Source: Saprolegnia diclina VS20
Lineage: Eukaryota
Length of the DNA stretch: 42,816 nucleotides
NCBI RefSeq assembly: GCF_000281045.1
Contig: NW_008246108.1
Location: 1-42,816 of the forward strand
Direction: 5' to 3'
The notes beneath the pieces are model-generated. The model worked only from the letters and a program-made list of their open reading frames with translations, was not told where the DNA came from and did not search any database. Below are positions 36,211-42,816 of this stretch, one piece after another. The position numbers were made by a program, and so were the translations under genes. The number at the start of each line of letters is the position of its first letter. Within the stretch, counting starts at the first letter, position 1.

Positions 36211-37111
36211 GTTCCTAGATAGACTTTCTTATTTATGCACACACCTTGCCACCTCGATCTGTCCCGAACACGCATCCTTGATACCACCAAGGATCATGTT
36301 GAAGTTGGTGGGCCGCAATCTGATTAATTTTTAGAGAATAGAAATTGGTTTTCGGGAGTGCGGGCGGACGAAGCCTGGCCAAGCATTTCTGCTTCGGCTG
36401 CTAAAGGCAAAAGTCAACCCGCCGCGCCACACCCGATTGCCGGTTTAGCCCCAAGCCTCGCGTTCCACGCCTCTGCTTGCACAGCAAGGTAGCAAACGTA
36501 GGAAAATCAGCCTTTCTTGATCTATCATCGAATGGTCGACGCTGTCAGAAACGCAAGGACACATTGGACCGCTGGTCTCGAAGATTTTCAGTCAACGGAC
36601 ACCTCAGCTAAGCTGAAGTTGTTGTTGAAGTGAGTCTAGCTAGATCTAGCCAAGCTAAAGTATTGGGTGCGAGAGACAACCACAACGGGTCTGGCAACGG
36701 GTAGCAATCGTGGAATGCTATCCACTCCGACGCTGAGCCATTGATGATGGTGATGGATGTCAAATCGGTGACGTGTGCCGAGTGTTTATGCCGTGGCGCT
36801 GCCGTGGCGTACCGCAGGCGCCATCGACTGGCTCTGTGCACACGACACGGTTCTCGAACGACTAACCGGCGTGGTGAGAGTGCATGTCTTTCCACATACA
36901 ATGGGTGTTCGGCCAATCACGAAGCCGTATTTGGCCCTACCCCTGGGTGGGAGCTGCGAGCGACCATGGCGCTTTCAGCGAACCTTCGGATTGGCCCATC
37001 GCACGTGGACAGAGTGTAGGTCCTGGTTAGTCAAGCCCATGTGACAAGGCAGCCTCGACATCCGAGCAGTGGTGTCGACGTCAGTATTGCATTTGCCGGC
37101 TCGACCACATA

Positions 37112-37528
37112 ATGTTCAAAGTGTTTCGCCGCTCGACGCCCGAAGCGAACGTGAAGCCGACGCGCAACAACAGCGTCAAGGGCTGGTTCCAGCAAGTGAT
37201 CCAGACCAACAACAACCACACCAAATGCACGTGCACCAAGCACAAGAAGAAGAAGGCGTCGACCAAGCCACGCAAGGTCAAGCCCTGCGTCGTCACGCCA
37301 TTTGTCAAGATCCCGCGCAAATACGACGGCGACGAGCAGCGCCGCAGCATGTGTGTGGGCGGCGTCCGCGTCCCGTTCTTGCCCGCCCAAGTGAGTGCGT
37401 GGAAGCAGATCCGCCGGGACTTTGTCGATTTCACGCCCATCGAAGAGGAGGCGCACCGGTGCGAGTACTGCCTCTGCAAAAGTGACGTCACGGACGACTC
37501 GTTCGACGACGACGACGACGAGTATTGA
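37112..37528 (+). CDS. Unknown small Cys-motif protein with DDEY C-terminus, copy 3 (138 aa)
   Basis: VKGWF..CTC..IPRKY..VGGVRVPFLPAQVSAWKQIRR..FTPIEEE..CEYCLCK..DDDDDEY; INR/FPR-like tcagtattgcatttg ~30 nt upstream. Confidence 0.9.
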   Translation: MFKVFRRSTPEANVKPTRNNSVKGWFQQVIQTNNNHTKCTCTKHKKKKASTKPRKVKPCVVTPFVKIPRKYDGDEQRRSMCVGGVRVPFLPAQVSAWKQIRRDFVDFTPIEEEAHRCEYCLCKSDVTDDSFDDDDDEY

Positions 37529-38320
37529 ACGATAGCGTCACTATTTATGAAATACATCCTGCTATTTATGCCCAACCTCGCTTTTACGACACTGCGATCA
37601 TTAAAAAAAACAACGAATGGTTTCTAATCGTGGGAAAACCGACGAAAATCGACACGACCTTGGCGAATCTCGTGTTTGACGCTTGGTGCTCGTGAATAAC
37701 TCGAAAAAGAGCTACAAAACTTGAATATTGCGCGACATAGTCGTTCTATTTTCATTGATTTTCATCGACGACCCAAGCCCGCACCAGCTCACTCGCAACG
37801 ACTACGTGCAGGCCGCAACCGCCAACTATTCAGACATATCGGTAGCGCTACGCATGCCAAATCTCAAGAGCTCCTGTTCGAGACTCACTGATAAGTGACT
37901 GCGTTGAATTGTTGCCCCATGATTGGCCGCACTTTGTAACCGGTGGCTACTTGTTTTTGAGTCCTATTGTGGGTTAGCTATGGGTTTTATGTTATTAGCC
38001 CTTGTTTGCACACGATGCAAAATGCTGTTTCTGCAGAGGAGGACGTCGTGGGTGGTACCTATCGCTTTCTCAGTTTCGTTTTCTACTGATCAACTTTTCG
38101 TATGCATATCGGCATCTGCGAGCATCTTGGCGAGAAGAGCTGCGAGCAAGACGAATGTACTGTGCTTTGTATCAACCACTGCAACCGCGATCGCCACTTG
38201 TTTCGATCGTCGCCACCGACGCGTTTGCAAACAAGTAGCTTGCACACACTCTGCGCCAATGTTGGTCGTCGGCGCAACCGCTGGGAGCTCGCATTCCATT
38301 TTCCGATCGCCGGAGACAAC

Positions 38321-38746
38321 ATGTTTCGCCGCCGCACGTCCGACGCCCACGTCAAGGACGTCACCTCGATGAAGGACAGCGCCTTGGCCAGCACCGAGGT
38401 CAAGGGCTTCAAGCGCTGGTTCAAGACGCTCCGAGTCGCGCCGATGAGCAAGGGCCGGTGCACCTGCGCAAGGTCCGCGCCGGGTCCACCGCGGCGACGC
38501 CGCCGGACGACATACCAGCTAGTCGAGCCGCTGGCACTGCCACGCAAGTACGCGGCCGAGACACAGAAGAGCCAACTCGTGAGCGGGCGCCGCGTGCCCT
38601 TCCTACCCGACCAAGTCAACAACTGGAAGGCGATCCGCAGCGCGTTCCACGACTACGCGCCAATCGAAGAAGACCGACCGCTCTGCGACTATTGCTTGAG
38701 CAAGAGCGGAACCACCGAGTGGTCCGTCGAAGACGACGAGTACTGA
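38321..38746 (+). CDS. Unknown small Cys-motif protein with DDEY C-terminus, copy 4 (141 aa)
   Basis: GFKRWF..CTC..LPRKY..LVSGRRVPFLPDQVNNWKAIR..YAPIEED..CDYCLSK..EDDEY; INR-like gcattccattttcc upstream. Confidence 0.9.
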   Translation: MFRRRTSDAHVKDVTSMKDSALASTEVKGFKRWFKTLRVAPMSKGRCTCARSAPGPPRRRRRTTYQLVEPLALPRKYAAETQKSQLVSGRRVPFLPDQVNNWKAIRSAFHDYAPIEEDRPLCDYCLSKSGTTEWSVEDDEY

Positions 38747-38913
38747 GTGTTTGGCCAAATATTTATATCGTGCGTTGGCTGCTACGCGCTCCATGTCTGC
38801 GGTTAGGGGTTGTAGCGTGGCGTGGACAGTGTGTACGAGTTCATATCGTCCTGTTGGCCTACTGCCGGTCGAATCGAATCGTGTATTGCTTAGGACGCAG
38901 TCCTCGATCGACC

Positions 38914-38970
38914 AAGTGGGTCAAACGCACTCAAAGTGGGTCAAACGCACTCAAAGTGGGTCAAACGCAC
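38914..38970. repeat. Minisatellite, ~3 x 20 bp
   Basis: (aagtgggtcaaacgcactca) repeated with period 20 and no spacers. Confidence 0.95.
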
Positions 38971-39889
38971 AAGCAACTGGCTTTGGTTTTGGCCAAGATG
39001 AGCCCCGAGGCTTTGCGCGACGTCAAATGACGTGAAGACGGCGAGCGTGGAAGCCATTTTAGAGTCGCGCACTGGCAGCTCCAGGCACATACAAGCTCGG
39101 ATTAATGCAACGCGAGCAATGAGAAGAGTAGGTTGGTACGCTGACTTCAGCAGGAGACATGTCCTATGTCCTGCGGCACAGTCCTCGGTAGCTTCAAGAG
39201 GGGCAGCAGAGCGTACCCACATCATAGGAGGGCTGCGATACTGGAAACGACTGCGCTGCTGAACTCTGTGGTGTTGTTTTTGCAGGGACGAACGGCTAAA
39301 CGCCTCGCGGCAAAGACAAATACCGCGGCGCCGTGTACTGTTCAAACGATGGGTGCTCCCTGACGCAGACCAGTTGCATTCGAACGTGCCCATTTATGGG
39401 GTGTATCTCAGACGCTCCAAGATCTGAGCACCATTGAAACGCATCGAGTAGCTTCCTCGGTGCATTGTGGTGACGCCGCCGCAGCAGTCACGAGATTACA
39501 CTTGACAACATGTTGGCTTGTCGCCGAGGGAGACGTCCGCGAAACCAGGTCGCGTTCGATCCTAGAAAGGCGCGGCGACGTCGTGGGTGCGTGATTCGAC
39601 TTGGCGTTCCTACCTTTGCATATGGCTAAACGCACACTATTTTTCAGTGTATCCTTGCTACCATTGAGCCCATAGAAACTTTCAGATTGCGTGCGACTAG
39701 CCTCACGAACAGCAACGGGAAAAGCGCACCGATTTCAAATGCCGCACCATTACGTGGCCAATTACACGGCGACCACGTGGTCTCCGGCAACCAAATGACC
39801 AGAGCCTCTGCCAGCGCGGTAGCGTTCCCGGGCGCCAGACCCTGTTAGCACCGAGTTCGACAGCGCTGGCTTGCGTGCTCTCCCGACTA

Positions 39890-39908
39890 CTTCATTTTTC
39901 AACTTGCC
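39890..39908 (+). promoter_or_regulatory. Oomycete INR+FPR core promoter element
   Basis: cttcatttttcaacttgc about 20 nt before ATG 39912, resembling the oomycete TCATTYYNCAWTT consensus. Confidence 0.6.
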
Positions 39909-39911
39909 AGC

Positions 39912-41057
39912 ATGCGCGTTGCCACCATCCTCGCTACGGCCATTGCGTGCTCGACGGTCGCTGCCCGCTCAATGGCCGACGACCTCGTCCAGCAGCTCTT
40001 TGAGCTGCACAACAAGGAGCGCCAAGCCAACGGCGTCGCGCCCTTCGAGTGCCTCGACTCGCAGCTGAGCCAGCTCAGCGCCGATCACGTCAAATACGAA
40101 GTCTCGATCGACAACATCAACCACGACGGCTTCAGCGGCCGCTGCCAAAAGGTCGGCAACGTCGCTTGCGGTGAGAACACGTTGTACGACTTCAAGGGCG
40201 ACGCGGCCAAGTTTACGCAGAGCTGGATGAACTCGCCGGGCCACCGCAAGAACATCTTGAACGGCGCCTACAAGCACGTGGGCTTTGCAGTCGAGAAGGG
40301 CCCGAGCGGCAAGTGGTTTGCGACGTCCATGTTCACGGACTCGAACCCGCGTTCGGACGTGTGCGGCGGCAGCAAGCCCGGCCCCGTGGCACCCACCGAC
40401 GCGCCGTACACGCGCAAGCCGTCGGGCCCGACTGGCCCTCCGATCACCACGACCGCCAAGCCGACGGTCAAGCCCACGAAGCGCCCGCTTCCGACGGGAC
40501 CACCGATCTCGCCGACGACCAAGCCGACCAAGCGCCCGACGCCCAAGACACCGACGCCGATTCCGTACACGAAGCGCCCAACAAAGCGCCCGACCACCGC
40601 GCCGACAAATGAGCCTTCGGACGAGCCGTCGGACGACCCGAGCTACGACCCGACCGACGCACCGTCCAACGACGATGTGGTCAAGCAGCTTTTCAAGTTC
40701 CACAACGAAGAGCGCCAGAAGAACGGCCTCAAGCCCTTCTCGTGCCTCAACTCGAAGCTGAGCTCGCTCTCGATGGACCACGTCAACTACGAGATCTCGA
40801 TCGGCGACATCAACCACGACGGCTTCAGCGACCGCTGCCAGAAGGCCGGCAACTATGGCGGCTGTGGCGAAAACACTCTGTACGACTACGAGGGCGACGC
40901 GCGCGTCATGACGACGAGCTGGATGAACTCGGCCGGCCACCGCGCCAACATCCTCAACGGCGAGTACAACCACGTGGGCTTTGCCGTCAAGAAGGGCGGC
41001 GACAACCGCTACTACGCGACCGCAATGTTCACGCAGGACAGCCGAGCGTGCCAGTAG
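39912..41057 (+). CDS. Secreted protein with two CAP (SCP/PR-1) domains joined by a Pro/Thr/Lys-rich linker
   Basis: Signal peptide MRVATILATAIACSTVAA; LHNKER, CGEN, WMNSPGHRKNILN, HVGFAV motifs each present twice; intronless. Confidence 0.93.
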   Translation: MRVATILATAIACSTVAARSMADDLVQQLFELHNKERQANGVAPFECLDSQLSQLSADHVKYEVSIDNINHDGFSGRCQKVGNVACGENTLYDFKGDAAKFTQSWMNSPGHRKNILNGAYKHVGFAVEKGPSGKWFATSMFTDSNPRSDVCGGSKPGPVAPTDAPYTRKPSGPTGPPITTTAKPTVKPTKRPLPTGPPISPTTKPTKRPTPKTPTPIPYTKRPTKRPTTAPTNEPSDEPSDDPSYDPTDAPSNDDVVKQLFKFHNEERQKNGLKPFSCLNSKLSSLSMDHVNYEISIGDINHDGFSDRCQKAGNYGGCGENTLYDYEGDARVMTTSWMNSAGHRANILNGEYNHVGFAVKKGGDNRYYATAMFTQDSRACQ

Positions 41058-41644
41058 ACATAATTTGTTTTATGTATCGCGTATTTTCACTATTTCCTTG
41101 TATTTGTTGGCGGAAATTTCGAGTTTGCCATTATGGCAAACGTCGACTAAAGTGCAAACTCGAGAGCAAAGTGCAATTTCGTCATGAGAAGAACACGGCA
41201 GTGCCTACCGGTACACCTTATAGCGATGCTTGCAGCAGACGATACCTGATTTTGCTTGTGCTACAATGCCAATACGAGGCGAAAAGAGCCGTACCAAATC
41301 GAACGTGGTTCGCACCGAGCTTACTCGCTCCGTGTATATCCTTGAGATAGGGTGGTCCCTTTTTACATACTAACTAGAAGTCGTCCTTGCTTTATGCATG
41401 AACACCACGCCATTGCCAGAGAGAGCTGGATACCCATCCTCATTCGAATGCGCCGTCGGAGTTGCACAGCACGTTCGAATCCCCATGGAGTCGCCCAAGT
41501 CACGCATTTCCACTGCAATTGTGGCTGCTTTGCGCCCAGCGGGACGCGCGGAAACCTCGCCATGTTCGGTGCACTGCGCCCGTCTCGACGCCGGAGATGG
41601 TGCATGATCAATCGCATTTTGAAATTGACCACGTTCTTCGCAAT

Positions 41645-42816
41645 ATGCGGATCATCATCGCTCTCTCTGCGCTTGCCGCCGCGTCGGTCAGCGCCCGCTC
41701 GATGGCCGACGACCTTGTCCAACAGCTCTTTGAGATACACAACCAAGAGCGCCAGAAGAACGGCGTCGCGCCATACTCGTGCCTCGACTCGCAGCTCAGT
41801 GAGCTCAGCATGGACCACGTCAAGTACGAGGTCTCGATCGACAACATCAACCACGACGGCTTTAGCGAGCGCTGCAACAAGGTGGGGCAGGTCGCTTGCG
41901 GTGAGAACACCTTGTACGACATGAAGGGCGATGCCGCCAAGTTCACGACAAGCTGGATGAACTCGCCGGGGCACCGCAAGAACATTTTGAACGGCGCGTT
42001 CAAGCACGCGGGCTTTGCAGTGCAGCAGTCGTCGAAATCGGGCAAGTGGTTTGCGACAGCCATGTTTGCCGACTCGAACCCCAACCCCAACACCTGCGGC
42101 GGCCCCAAGCCGACGCCCAAGCCCAAGCCCACAAAGAAGCCTACGGTTGTCCCGACGACCGACCCGACGACCGCGCCGCCGCTGCCCAAGCCCACCAAGA
42201 AACCCACAACCAAACCAACACTGCCGCCCACGGAAGCTCCGACCGATGACCCCGACGACGGTAGTTCGGATACCGATGAGCCCACGACGGCGCCGCCGCT
42301 GCCGAAGCCGACCAAAAAGCCGACCAAGAAGCCAACGCTGCGGCCCACGGAGGCTCCGACCGACGCCCCGGACGACGGTGATGACCCCACGACGGCGCCA
42401 CCGCTACCCAAGCCGACCAAGAAGCCGACGAGCAAGCCGACGGCCAAGCCGGACGACAAGCTGTCGCAGCTCTTTGACTACCACAACGCCGAACGTAAAA
42501 AGGTGGGTCTCCCACCCTTCGAGTGCTTGGACACAAAGCTGAGCGCCATGGCGCTCGAGCACGTTAAGTACGAGATCAAGCTCGGCGACATCAACCACGA
42601 CGGCTGGCTTGAGCGCTGCGCGGCCGCGGGCGCCGACCTCGCCAAGGGTGGCAAGTGCAGCGAAAATACGTTGTGGGACTACGACGGGATTCCCAAGTCG
42701 ATGACGGAGGCGTGGATGAGCAGCTCGGGGCACCGCGCCAACATTGTGAGCCGCGACTTCAACCATGTGGGCTTTGGCGTCGAGCAAGGTCCGGACAAGC
42801 GCTGGTTTGCGACGGC
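41645..42816 (+). CDS. Second secreted double-CAP protein (tandem paralog), runs off the window end
   Basis: Not in the ORF track because there is no stop in the window: MRIIIALSALAAASVSARSMADDLVQQLFEIHNQER...WMNSPGHRKNILN...PT linker...YHNAER...WMSSSGHRANIVS. Confidence 0.92.
   Translation, partial: MRIIIALSALAAASVSARSMADDLVQQLFEIHNQERQKNGVAPYSCLDSQLSELSMDHVKYEVSIDNINHDGFSERCNKVGQVACGENTLYDMKGDAAKFTTSWMNSPGHRKNILNGAFKHAGFAVQQSSKSGKWFATAMFADSNPNPNTCGGPKPTPKPKPTKKPTVVPTTDPTTAPPLPKPTKKPTTKPTLPPTEAPTDDPDDGSSDTDEPTTAPPLPKPTKKPTKKPTLRPTEAPTDAPDDGDDPTTAPPLPKPTKKPTSKPTAKPDDKLSQLFDYHNAERKKVGLPPFECLDTKLSAMALEHVKYEIKLGDINHDGWLERCAAAGADLAKGGKCSENTLWDYDGIPKSMTEAWMSSSGHRANIVSRDFNHVGFGVEQGPDKRWFAT
42161..42440 (+). 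repeat. Coding tandem repeat in the CAP linker, 3 units
   Basis: (D/E)PTTAPPLPKPTKKPT starting at ~42161, ~42278 and ~42383 (periods 117 and 105 nt). Confidence 0.9.

Noticed and set aside
38914..38970. Direct repeats as a possible CRISPR array
   Set aside because: No spacers, only three contiguous units, eukaryotic context and no cas genes

Overview
Gene-dense, GC-rich eukaryotic DNA with many very short (~40-60 nt) GT-AG introns and oomycete-type INR/FPR core promoters. It is most consistent with a saprolegnialean oomycete such as Saprolegnia (inference from intron style and expanded ankyrin and LRR families). Conserved genes: dimethylglycine dehydrogenase, cytoplasmic dynein intermediate chain, a PTC7-type PP2C phosphatase, exportin-1/CRM1 and a CEP135/Bld10-like coiled-coil protein. 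These are interspersed with LRR genes and decayed ankyrin/LRR fragments. The right third (31-42.8 kb) holds three consecutive duplicated families. (i) A head-to-head pair of probable mitochondrial proteins built from four degenerate helical repeats. (ii) A tandem array of four intronless ~140-aa proteins I do not recognise, with CxC...CxxC, a (F/Y)xxIxE motif and an invariant C-terminal DDEY; this is the most novel-looking signal. (iii) Two secreted double-CAP (bacterial-like SCP/PR-1) proteins with Pro/Thr linkers. No rRNA, tRNA or CRISPR seen. Exon boundaries were inferred by eye.
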